From positions 93,868,001 to 93,932,000 of the forward strand of contig OX597821.1 of the NCBI GenBank assembly GCA_951406725.2: a stretch of 64,000 nucleotides of DNA. Reading direction: 5' to 3'. Positions 52,761 through 64,000 of the stretch are shown piece after piece; the first letter of the stretch is position 1, and each line of letters begins with the position of its first letter. The notes beneath the pieces were generated by a model. That model had not been told where the DNA came from and searched no databases. It worked only from the letters and a program-made list of their open reading frames with translations. This DNA comes from Octopus vulgaris (Eukaryota). A program made the position numbers and the translations under genes.

Positions 52761-53509
52761 GTCTAAGCAATGAATCAAGTCTTAATTAAGTCTTCAGGCC
52801 AAATACATGAATGATCCCGCTTAATTAAGTCTTATGTCTTCTGGCCAAATACATGAATGATCCCTCCCTGCAAGCTTCTATGTAGAAAGCTTTGGTTAAC
52901 CTTGTGGCTATTGTAGAAGACATGTACTACCTAAAGTATCATACACTGGTATCCAACCCCAAACCTCATAATTCTAAAGCAGATGCTTTAACCACACAGC
53001 CATAGGTGCATGTTGGTAAGACTACAAATGTAAAATAGCTACAAAAATAACTTCACATTATTGTATTTGATTGCGATTGTTATTGTTAATATCCTTATTG
53101 TTATTTGTCTGTCATGTGAATAATATATCTATACGTTGTTGTGAGACAAGTGACTGGCAGTCCAAAATTAGTTTCCCCTTTGTCACATTTGTCATTAGGT
53201 ATTTAATATCTGTCATTGTCTTCATCATCATCATCATCATCATCATCATTTTCAGGCATTTAAACATTGGATGGATCTCTTTTAACATATACACGTGCAC
53301 ACATACATAACATATAGATATGCATTTGTGTGTATGTATGTGTGCATACTTGCTATTGCATTAGGAATTGCTTATTTTCCAGACTCAAATACTATATCCT
53401 ATAATACGATATCCTCATTATTACTCCAAAGCCCATATCTGAATTTATTAATCTACAGACTTGCAGAACTAAGGCAGCCCGACTATATTGTTGTTTGGAT
53501 CAGAGAAAT

Positions 53510-53875
53510 GCTTACGAACCACAAGGTTCCGGGTTCAGTCCCACTGCGTGGCACCTTGGGCAAGTGTCTTCTACTATAGCCTCGGGCCGACCAAAGCCTT
53601 GTGAGTGGATTTGGTAGACGAAAACTTAAAGAAGCCCGTCGTATATATTTATAAATGTGTGTGTGTGTGTCTGTGTTTGTCCCCCCAACATTGCTTGACA
53701 ACCGATGCTGGTGTGTTTACATCCCCGTATCTTAGCAGTTCGGCAAAAGAGACCGATAGAGTAAGTACTAGGCTTACAAAGAATAAGTTCTGGGGTCAAT
53801 TTACTCGCTAAAGGCGGTGCTCCAGCATGGCCACAGTCACATGACTGAAACAAGTAAAAGAGAGAAAAGAGAGTA
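53510..53875 (+). mobile_element. SINE family A (intronic)
   Basis: Colinear with consensus. Confidence 0.9.
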
Positions 53876-54912
53876 TCAGACAAAAATACCTTGTGATGTT
53901 TGGTTCTATCCTTTAAAGTTTTGAGTTGAAACTCCTGCCCAAGTTGGTTATGCCTTTAAAGGTGGTGCACCAGCAAACCACTGTCCAATGATAGATACCA
54001 GTAAAAGAATTGATATGAATATGTAACATAAAGGATGACAACTGATTTATTACATACCTCAAGAGATCAAAAGTAAAAAACAAATCAAGATTTGTTACTG
54101 GGGGTGACATAGTTTTATAACATATAAATTAACTACTTTGATTTTAAACATCAATTTTAGATGTGAAAGAACAACAGTGAAATATAACTTGAGTTGTTAG
54201 ATTATTGACCAAAGATGCCTTGTGGTTATTGTATTTTGAGTTTTTGAGGTATAATTAATCTACTACCTATTTTAACACCATTGTCTGGCATCTTGGGTGC
54301 TTTTAGTAGAGTACACTTTTTTTGCAAGCATTTGGATGAGGGCTAAAGTCTCAGAGGGCCTGAGAAAATAAAAGGGTGCTGCCCTTCTTTGACTAAATAG
54401 TTAAAAGAAAAAAAAGAAAAAGAAAAAAGACTCACTGATGGAAGAAGATTAATGCTTCTATCAAATTTAGGTAGGACTGCTTGCTATGTTAAACATTAGT
54501 ATAATTGCCTATCCTGCTAGTAGAAAGTAAGTGGTTAATTATCTACTGGTGATAAAATAGTACAGGTAAAATAACAATAGCTATTTGTTGTACCTACTTT
54601 GAGAAGATGGAATGGCAGATATTCTGTGATGAAATTGAGAATTCAGTCTCCCAGCAAGCAGTATATAAATATCTCAAGTCTTATTAATGAGCCTGCTAGT
54701 CTTTACTGTTTCAAAATGCTGCCTATAATGTTTGACAACAACCAAATTATTCGTTACTTATTTCTTATTTTTAGCTTCATTCATTTAAACTGTTGACAGG
54801 CAGTGTTTCAAGCATTTATTTTCTGAGTCAGTGCTAAATTTTAATGATGTTCTCTTGAGGACTTAATTTTTTTTTTTTAATTAAAAAAAATTTTTTTTTT
54901 TTTACCTGTCAG

Positions 54913-55091
54913 CTGCCACCTGGAGAATTAATAACGCCTGTTGAATTTGAAGATTTTGTGCTACAGCATCAAGATACTATTGACCGAGATCCCTTCCGAG
55001 ATCTCTTACAATTTCCTGAAGATGACATTGAAATACAGCAAGTTCCCAGGATATGTCGAACCCTTACACCAGTTGTACCAGAAGAGCCTGG
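54913..55091 (+). CDS. DOCK7: DOCK-C GEF coding exon (N-terminal conserved region)
   Basis: Poly-T tract plus tgtcag| acceptor, donor GG|gtatgt. LPPGELITPVEFEDFVLQHQDTIDRDPFRDLLQFPEDDIEIQQVPRICRTLTPVVPEEP(G) aligns to DOCK7 VPLTEAVDPVDLEDYL...[32 protein letters not shown]. Phase 0 in, phase 2 out. Confidence 0.95.
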
Positions 55092-55699
55092 GTATGTTAC
55101 ATACATCAACTTATGGGGGTATTTTTTTAATCTTTTTTTTGCAGAGTATTCACATTCAAGTGTCACTCATTGTTCGTGTATTAGTTCTCTGATAACGGGC
55201 CAAATAAAATTGACTAATGACAGATGGATGACAGACAAATACTGTGTAGTATTTGATTGTTTACATTCTGAGTTCAAGCCCAATGCTGGGCGTCTTTATT
55301 TTTTGTCTATCCTAAGTTGATGAAATAGGTGCTGAGTAAGAAGTCATAGTTATGACAAAGAAAAGATTGGAATGCTAAAAAAAGGCTACATGGATCCATC
55401 AGCCATTAACTACATGGACCCATTAGCCAGTGAATATACTTACAGGTATTCAAGTAGAGACAAATAGACTGACAGGCAGGTATTAATGGGTTGGTTGAAA
55501 AATAAATATACAGTCAGATATATAAATAAATGGACAGATAGTTAATTACTATCAAAAGCACTTCCATTTTGTTGGAGAATTTAATTTGAAATTTCTAGTT
55601 AAAATAGATATTGTTGCTTTCTCATAATCGCAGGACGATGGTATATGAATATGGAAAGACTGTCTATCTCTAGGTTTCATCTATCTCTTGTGTCTAGTA

Positions 55700-56460
55700 T
55701 TGGTGACTGTCAGTTGGATTGGACCATCTTAGCATGTGCTGATGATGCTGTCTCTGAGCCACACCCTATCAACTCTGGTGTGCCCCAAGGTTCTGTTATG
55801 TTCTTCACTCTCTTCTTCCTATAAATTAGCAGCCTACTTGCTGTCACCTGTCAAAGATTCCAATCCTGTGCAGATGATATCGCGCTTCTTCATCATCATC
55901 ATCATCAATATTTAACATCTATATTCCATACTGGCATGGGTTGGATGGCTTCTTAGGAGCTGGCAAAGCCAGGGGCTGCACCAGGTTCCATAGTCCGTTT
56001 TGGCTTGATTTCTGTGACTGGATGCCCTTCCTAATGCCCATCACTCTGCAGTGTGTACTGAGTGCTTTTTACATGGCACCAGCATCCACACCAATGCTTT
56101 TTATGCTCTTATTCCTTCTTAATCTCCTACATCTTAGTGTCTTCCACAATCAATCCAAACATCACACACCAACCATAGATCAACTCCCTGGATAAAAACC
56201 TCAAAAACGTCTTCTAATTGAAAGGATATGAATCTCCAATCACTACATGTACCAAGAAAGCATTATTCCCACCTTCAACATGAACAGCATAGAGCTAGAA
56301 TTATGTTGGCTACTTCAAATGCTCGGCCCCACTATCCTTGGATCTCTCCTGGTGAACACACATTCTCAACATAACATAACTTCACAGAGACTGGTCTTTG
56401 CTCTTCAGAGCCAGAAAATAATTCAGTGCCTGTCAAATACTAACCTTCCGTGAAGCTCAA
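55700..56460 (+). mobile_element. Decayed CR1/Jockey-group LINE RT fragment, split by an RTE 3' fragment (55890-56090)
   Basis: INSGVPQGSV..TLF.L...CADD motif, with downstream LQMLG.TI...SW..HI...LFRARK remnants. Confidence 0.7.
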
Positions 56461-56503
56461 GTGCACCTAACAATGTCTGAGTTTGTGTGTGTATGTATAT
56501 GTA

Positions 56504-56808
56504 AAGACTCCCTTCGGTCATGAATGACCATGGGATTGCACCTAGAAGGTTATCCTCCTAGGCACAAGCCCAGGCAACATTGTTTATGGAAGACCAGCAT
56601 TCGCCCATGCATACCAGCCTCTCCTCTCCATGTCACTGATGTTATCCAAGGGAAGGGCAAAGGCCGATACAGCTTGGTGTGAATGATATCACAATTCATT
56701 TCTATACCTGAGTGAACTGGAGCTACATAAAATAAAGTGTCTTGCTCAAGAACACAACACACAGCCCAGTCCAGGAATCGAACTCACCACCTCATGATTG
56801 TGAGCCTG
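56504..56808 (-). mobile_element. tRNA-derived SINE family E. Other copies 6905-7230 (+), 38865-39100 (-), related head at 60045-60185 (-)
   Basis: Head GTGAGTTCGATTCC...GTGTTCTTGAGCAAGACACTT, tail CCCATGGTCATTCATGACCGAAGGG. Confidence 0.8.
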
Positions 56809-57504
56809 AGTATTGCTGAAGTAGATTATACTTTGTTGTTCATCTACTGTTGTTTGGATTGGTGCTTTAGGTTAGTTAATACATGAAGTAGAAATGGATC
56901 ATCATGGATATTAAGCAGGAATTAGTTTGGTCTGTCTTAAGAAGATCTGTCCTCAAAGAGAAATCAACACATTGAAATTTACAGAAGGAAGTTATGTTAT
57001 CTGTTAAAAAGAACAAATATTGAAATGTTGCTAATAATAATGATGATGGTGGTGGTTGCAAAGGTAGTAGTGGCGGTGGTGGTGGTGGTGGTGGTGGTGG
57101 TGACGGTGGCGGCGGTGGCAATTACAAGTCTCTCTCTGTTTTGTCTCACTTTGATGTGATGCCTTCCTGCTGAGCCAAATGATATAGTATGACTTCTATT
57201 TTGTTACATGAATCAGTACAGAAAAGAGTTTCTCTCAAAGCACAGATGGCTAATTAATTAACAATACAATCAGAGGAAAATTTTAAATAAGCTGTTTCTA
57301 AACGAATATGTATCGCTGACCTTGATAATGTCACCAGTTGTTCAGTCATTTCCATTATTCTTGAAATTGGAATCACATGTGTTTCATTTATTGAAATTGT
57401 CACATTAAATGAATTTCAGTTCTATTTTTCTCTCCAGCTCTCCCTCTTCATCTCTCTCCTTCTCTCTCTTTTGGTAACTCTTTTTCTTGTTTTCTCTCCA
57501 ACAG

Positions 57505-57576
57505 AGCAGACACTGATCCACATGTTGTGGATTGTGTTCGACTTTACACATCGGATTATACCACAGTTGTACGCAA
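57505..57576 (+). CDS. DOCK7: DOCK-C GEF coding exon (72 nt)
   Basis: Pyrimidine tract plus ccaacag| acceptor, donor AA|gtaagc. (G)ADTDPHVVDCVRLYTSDYTTVVR(K) vs DOCK7 [23 protein letters not shown]. Phase 2 in and out. Confidence 0.93.
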
Positions 57577-58359
57577 GTAAGCATTAACCCACTTTCTAGC
57601 CTACATTCCATTTAATTATTTCTTTTCTTTATTTATTCGCTTAAATTGGCAGAATCACAAGAGAGCTTTTTGGCAAAATACCTTTTTATTTATTTTCAGC
57701 CCTTTCCAGTTTTAACAGTTCAAATCCCACATAGATCATCTTTACTTATCATACTTCCTGGTTTGATGACCTCAAGTGGCCTGAACTCTTTACATGAACA
57801 CCACCCTGTACATAACTCCATGTCTCCTTACATGGCCTTGCTTTTTGCTTTTTGAGCCAAAAAATTAACTAACTTAACTAACTAACATACCAGTACTATT
57901 GATTTCGAATTTTGGCTCAAGGCCAGTAATTTCAGGGGTAGGGGTAAATCAATTACGTTGACCCCAGTACTCAAGTAAGACTTATTTTATCAATCATGAA
58001 AGGATGAAAAGCAAAGTCAACCTTGGTGGAATATTGAACTTAAAACATGAAGATAGATGAAATGCTGCTAAGCATTTTGCCTGGCATGCTAACCATTCTG
58101 CCAGCTCACTGCCTTCTGCAACACAGTAATATTAACTACACCTCCCTTAAGTTTTCTGGCCTTGTGCCTATATCAGAAATTGTTAATAGAAAGGTGGTGG
58201 ATGAAGGAATCAGTAGTAGTAAACTTGTATTAAATTATGATCTTTAATATTTTGAGAGAGTCTCTCCAAGTAGAGCTGTTACTTCACTGCATTGAGAGAT
58301 CACTGGTCCACTATTGTTGAAAGCAATTCCTTTCAGAATTAACATAGTACTTATCATTA

Positions 58360-58680
58360 TCATCATCATCATCATCTTCGTTTAGCATCCGCTTTCCATG
58401 CTAGCATGGGTTGAATGGTTCAACTAGGGTCTGGGAAGCCAGAAGGCTGCACTAGATCCAGTCTGATCTGGCAATGTTTCTACAGCTGGATGCCCTTCCT
58501 AACGCCAACCACTCCATGAGTGTAGTGGGTGCTTTTTACGTGCCAGATGAGGCTGGCAAACGGCCATGATCGGATGGTGCTTTTTACATGCCACCGGCAC
58601 GAGGCCAGTCGAGGTGGCGCTGGCAACGGCCACGTTCAGATGGTTCTCTTACGTACCACCGGCACTGGTGTCACAGCTGC
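58360..58680 (-). mobile_element. RTE 3' fragment (family C), intronic
   Basis: Consensus tail plus modules. Confidence 0.85.
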
Positions 58681-59832
58681 AACTTAGTCAAAAGAAATCA
58701 TCATTACTGTTGCTAGTGTTTACATGAAGTGCAATGGTAATGACCTGAGTTTTGCGCAATTGCAATGATAGAGTGGATTAATTAAATGACTTGTTTAGCT
58801 CCAGTTCAGCCAATTTTTTCAGCCTTGATTGAGCACATTTATGATCAGTAGTGATTTAACTGTGACCATATCAGTTTCTTTTTAATTTTTTTTTCCTCCA
58901 AGAATAGTGTATTATCATTATCACTATTCAACCTCTGTTTCCCATACTGGCATGGGTTGGATAGTTCAACTGGAGTTGAGGACTGAACCAAGCTCCAGTG
59001 TCTGCTTTAGTATGATTTCTAATGTGTCTCTGTTAATATGAGAGATTTGGCTATTATTTCTGGCAGACCTAGCAATCTCATTGAGCCTCTTTGAATGATC
59101 TACAATTCTCTCCTACAGAAACTGACCTTGTGCCAAGTCAAAACAAATACCTTATTATTCTCTTTCAAATCCCACTTAAACTAACAGTACCACATCTCTA
59201 AACCAGTTCTCTCAACTATAACTATACATTAGTGGGGAAGGTCTACAAGTATAACAAACCTTTTTACTTTTAGCTAAGAAATAATGATTTATGAGAGAAA
59301 CTTTCAAGGCAAATACCAGTGTTTTAATAATACATCCTTGTTTAGTAGGATACAAAGATTGCTATCCAGTATTAATAATGTTTCCATCAGTAATATTTAT
59401 TTTTTTTATTAATAAGCCTGCTGGTTATTTGCAGTATCAGCAAGTGAAAGATTACTGTTATTCTATATATCATTAGCAGTGAGATTTGGATACCTGCTAC
59501 TGAAGAAGTGCAGTTTGCTGAAATCATGTGATCTGGCAGTTCTGGCACCCATACCAGACAGTTCTCATCTGCTACAACATATGTCTGTACTCTTAGCACA
59601 ATATGTCTATATAAAAGGATCTCTCAAGTCGAATACTACAATATTCAGCATTCTAATTATACAGCCATGTTTAGTTGGATATAAAGATTGCCAATGGTTT
59701 ATAGTTCAAATCCAGTGTGTTACCTTATGTACATTGAGACTAAGACACCTGATGATGATAAGAAAAAAGGATAGAGTTCCTTTCTGAGTCATATAGACTC
59801 ACAAGGTTGGTTTCTGGCTTTTGTGGGGCATA

Positions 59833-59998
59833 TATTTTCACCGAAAATTTTACCCAAAAATTTTTCGAATATTTTACCCAAAAGTTTTCCGAAAATTTTC
59901 ACCAAAAATTTTACCCAAATAGTTTTCGAAAATTTTACCCAAAAATTTTCACCAACAATTTTTTGAAAATTTTTGCCGAAAATTTAACCCAAAAATTT
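59833..59998. repeat. A/T-tract minisatellite (AAAATTTT plus short spacer, about 10-12 bp period)
   Basis: About 14 AAAATTTT-like tracts separated by ACCC/CCG/CG. Confidence 0.85.
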
Positions 59999-61107
59999 GG
60001 ATGGGAGTATTCCATCGCATGAGTATTCCATTGTAGGAATACTCATTTTTGCCAGCTTAGTGGACTGGAGCAACGTGAAATGGAGTGTTTTGCTCAAGAA
60101 CACAACATATCGCCTAATCCAGGAATTGCAACAGCAATCTTACAACCATGAGTCTAACAGCCTAACCACTAAGTCATGTGTCTCCACCTAATCAGTGACA
60201 GAATTGATTCAAATGTAATGTAGATCTAAATAATGAACAAAACCACTGTAAAGATGATGTTAATAATCTAGAGTATTTAATCTCAAAGGGCCTACAACAA
60301 ATTTACTGTTGTACTCAGTGTCAGCATTATAAGATACAAAGTATTTTGTTCATGTGCAGTGTTGAGTCTCAAATTCTCCCATAAGGTGGTTTCACCAAAA
60401 TATAAATGTCTTTGATGCAGTTAACACTAGGATCATTATGATAGAATACATCACACTATTTCATTTTTAGTAATGATGGTAGGGTGGTGGGGATAAAACT
60501 TTAAACATGGAAGTACTTGATAAACTAAGGATATGTTGTTGTTTAGCCCTAGGTTAACCTTGATCAACCGCTTTCCACTTGTGACCACTCATTTGTATTA
60601 TTTTCAGAAATTGTATATATATATATATATCCTGGACTTCATTGTTCAATGTGTTTTTTCTTGCTTAAGACTGTAGATGAGATTTGGCTGCTATTTCTCT
60701 TATATTGAGTGACCTCTTTGAGGTCTCTCTCTTTGACTCTAAGGTTAGTCACTGGAACTGGTTGTAGAGTGGGAACTTTTTTTATAATTGTTTAGCCCTT
60801 GGTCAGCCTTGATTGAGCAGACTGGCCTATAATGAAAAGTATTCCAGTTGTGACCATGCCATTTTTTATTCATGCATAGTGTATCTAGAACTTCATTATT
60901 CAATGTCTGCTCACTCTAACTAAGTTGAAAGGATGTAATTTAAGATAGAATGGCTGGTTCCATACAGAGGCTCTAATGATCTGAAGTAAATTGTATGCTC
61001 TAAGATGAAGCATGGACTAATGTGTTAGAAGTAATACTTCAGCAAAGAAGAAAAGCAAGGAAGGCTTAGAAGAGGCTTTGTATCTAAAAGAAATTTTACA
61101 GCATGTA

Positions 61108-61550
61108 TCATCATCATCATCATCGTTTAATGTCCGTTCTCCATGCTAGCATGGGTTGGACGGTTCGACCGGGGATCTGGGAAGCCAGAAGGCTGCACCA
61201 GGCCCAGTTTGATCTGGCAATGTTTCTACGGCTGGATGCCCTTCCTAACGCCAACCACTCCATGAGTGTAGTGGGTGCTTTTTACGTGCCACCCACACAG
61301 ATGCCAGGCGAGGCTGGCAACAGCCACGAATGGATGGTGCTTTTTATGTGCCACCGGCACAGGGGCCAGGCGAGGCTGGTAATGGCCACGAACGGATGGT
61401 GCTTTTTACGTGCCACCAGCACAGGGGCCAGGTGAGGCTGGTAATGGCCACGAATGGATGGTGCTTTTTACGTGCCACCAGCACAGGGGCCAGGCCAGGC
61501 TGGCAACGGCCATGAATGGATGGTGCTTTTTACGTGCCACCGGCACGAGG
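61108..61550 (-). mobile_element. RTE 3' fragment (family C) with five 62-bp-spaced modules
   Basis: (CAT)n-CGTTTAA...; GCCACC at 61288, 61350, 61412, 61474 and 61536. Confidence 0.88.
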
Positions 61551-62012
61551 TCATGTATATTTGTAAATAAACATTTCTCTTAATAGGTTATATACACAAC
61601 CACTGTGACTCTTTCTCATATTTCTTCATATAACAATGAAGTTACCTGACTAAAAGGTTAGTCATTATTTTGTCATGCAGCACATGGATATAATTCTGTA
61701 TAGTATAATATTTCCAGTAGAGTTAGCTCTCTACCCCTTTCTATCCTCAGCAGATTTTGTAACACAATTGTAAATCCTCACTTCATTTGATTTTGATTTT
61801 CTCTGTGTTTCATCATCATCATCATCATCATCGTTTAACGTCCATTCTCCATGCTAGCATGGGTTGGACGGTTCGACCAGGGATCTGGGAAGCCAGAAGG
61901 CTGCACCAGGCCCAGTCTGATCTGGCGGTGTTTCTATAGCTGGATGCCCTTCCTAACGCCAACCACTCCGAGAGTGTAGTGGGTGCTTTTTACGTGCCAG
62001 GCGAGGCTGGCA

Positions 62013-62059
<47 letters not shown>

Positions 62060-62063
<4 letters not shown>

Positions 62064-62266
62064 AATATTAGGAAATAAATCCAAACTTACAGGGAAAAAT
62101 CAGATTTAGGATTGAATCCAATTTTATAGTAAAATATTATATTATATTAAATTAGAGACAAAACCACTATTAGGCAAATCAAACAATGAAAGACTTAAGC
62201 CAATACATATGATTAATTTATATTATTTAAATATGTAACAAAATTATCAAAAATGTCTCTAATTTA

Positions 62267-62280
<14 letters not shown>
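62060..62280. mobile_element. Penelope-like terminal fragment with inverted duplication, in (TA)n
   Basis: Homologous to 36325-36385. ATATTATATTAAATTAGAGACA recurs inverted as TGTCTCTAATTTAATATAATAT. Confidence 0.55.
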
Positions 62281-62316
<36 letters not shown>

Positions 62317-62445
62317 TGTACTCAAGTACATGTGTACACATACATGTTCATCAACAATTTATTTTAGATGCGAAAAAAAAAAACAACACACCTCTACAGT
62401 CTATAGCATTAACTGTTTGTTTATTTAAATCGTTAATACTTTCAG

Positions 62446-62560
62446 ACAAGAGAAGTACAGTTTCAGTGTCTGTAACAAAGAACGGCTTCCTGACAATGAA
62501 AACATTATTCAACAGGAATATGAGATTGATGTGGAAGATAGCCTGGTGGAACAGGACAAG
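62446..62560 (+). CDS. DOCK7: DOCK-C GEF coding exon
   Basis: Acceptor actttcag|, donor AAG|gtgaga. (K)QEKYSFSVCNKERLPDNENIIQQEYEIDVEDSLVEQDK. Phase 2 in and phase 0 out bridge the flanking exons exactly; weak similarity to DOCK7 KERQKGLPKQVFESDE. Confidence 0.85.
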
Positions 62561-63387
62561 GTGAGAATTTAGATTCTAGTACAGCCATGTGTGGATATAT
62601 GGGGTTGGATGGAGGCAATAATTTCATTTTTTGTTTTTAATAAATATGTATTTTATTTATCTGTTTAGTTACACACAGATCATATCCTTTGTCTGATGTT
62701 ATATCACAGCAAAACATACACCCAGAAACAAAGACTCAACATTGTAAAGTCTCATCTTCTGTCTGAGATTTCAGCACAGCACTGCGGGCTTTGAGCACAG
62801 GCTTAACTCAGAACATCTGGGGTACTCATCACTGAGGAGACCAAATTAGGTCAAGATACCATGTCTCGTGATCCAGTAGCATTCTGAGCAAAGCCCTTTA
62901 GTTTTTAAGATATTTCTATGAGACAAAATATTGCAGCTTGTACCATTTTATGTATACATGTCATAACACTATTCACATTGATATTTAATCTTTAGCATGT
63001 AAGCAGGCCAAAACCAACACAAATATTTTACCTGTTTTATGTTCAAATTGGCCAGATCTGACCTCTCACACTTACCCTAGCATGTTATTATAGAAATAGT
63101 CACATGAATGAAATATTGAAGCTGTGAGGTAATGCATGATTAATTTGAAACAATGTGGATAAATGAGCATTATAGTTGACGGAGTAATCTGAATGCTAAT
63201 GAGCTAAGGCTATTTCAATTACATGTTTAACAAAAATCAAATCTTAAGATACGGATGTCTATGGTTTGATTCCTGGTGTATTACAATATAATGCAACATG
63301 AAATTAGTTGTCTTGTGTAGTGCTGAATCTCTGAATCTTTACTGAATTCAATCTTATGATACTTTGTCTTCTTTTGTGACATTTCAG

Positions 63388-63603
63388 GACAGCACGCCAA
63401 AGCGTCAGTCAATGCAGATGAATGAAACTCCTCGTGGTAGTTGGGCCAGCAGTATATTTGATCTGAAGCAGTCCCAGGCTGATCGTCTGGTAGAACCAAT
63501 TCTGGAACGGATCCCTGCCGAAGAGGTTGACCGCAACAACGAGTCTCAGCGAAAACAATGCAGACAAAACTCCCTTTTTAGTTTGTACCCATCACAAGAT
63601 GAG
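63388..63603 (+). CDS. DOCK7: DOCK-C GEF coding exon; gene continues beyond window
   Basis: Acceptor atttcag|, donor GAG|gtcagt. DSTPKRQSMQMNETPRGSWASSIFDLKQSQADRLVEPILERIPAEEVDRNNESQRKQCRQNSLFSLYPSQDE matches DOCK7 [20 protein letters not shown]...NEEIDRQNDDQRK...LFALHPSPDE. Confidence 0.96.
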
Positions 63604-63850
63604 GTCAGTACATGTTAGCTATGTCATCACTGTTCTATGTTTACACTACAGGGATATACTTAATGAGTGGTGTGTGTGTGTGTAGGCCACCCATGTGTAT
63701 GTAATCACTACTTGTCATCAAAATTGTCATTTGATGTCATGCTGCTCTAGCTTCTTATTGATATGCGTGTCCCTTCAAGTACCTTTGAGTCTATTTGTAT
63801 ATTGCATATATGTGTGTATAAATTACTTTGTGCATATGTAAGTATGGGTG

Positions 63851-63884
<34 letters not shown>

Positions 63885-64000
63885 AACAATTGCAGCGTGG
63901 AAGATGTTTGTAAGCCATTTAAGAAACACACAAAAGCCGTTCGATTCACTTCACCATTTAAGTTTAATTTGTCAAAATATTTTCGTCGCTAAAATCCGCG

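Noticed and set aside
56504-56545. Hairpin plus CGAAGGG at the family E tail, reminiscent of HDV ribozyme P4-J4/2
   Set aside because: Could not find P1, P2, P3 or P1.1 pairings upstream; more simply a SINE 3' stem-loop.
56876-57121. Poly-proline ORF on the minus strand
   Set aside because: (GGT)n microsatellite within a DOCK intron; no splice or homology support.

Overview
AT-rich, repeat-dense animal genomic DNA. The SINE, RTE and microsatellite content looks like an octopus genome (inferred from repeat families I recall, not from a search). The only host gene I can support is a plus-strand DOCK-C family Rho-GEF (DOCK6/7/8, Drosophila Zir-like). It has five consecutive GT-AG coding exons at 51246-63603 with mutually consistent phases, and it continues past the window; its first coding exon was not identified. 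The rest is intron or intergenic DNA filled with at least four tRNA-derived SINE families, 5'-truncated RTE LINE copies, R4/Dong-like and CR1/Jockey-like LINE fragments, a decayed Tc1 transposon with TIRs, two non-autonomous Helitrons, piggyBac-like and hAT-like MITEs, Penelope-like islands in (TA)n, and microsatellites. Most notable: a canonical minimal type I hammerhead ribozyme (36411-36453, minus strand), a 62-67 bp tandem structured-RNA module (hairpin plus H-type pseudoknot) in the RTE 3' UTR, and fold-back islands inserted in (TA)n tracts. Almost all short ORFs in the supplied track are repeat or microsatellite artefacts. Repeat boundaries are approximate unless a TSD or TIR is given.
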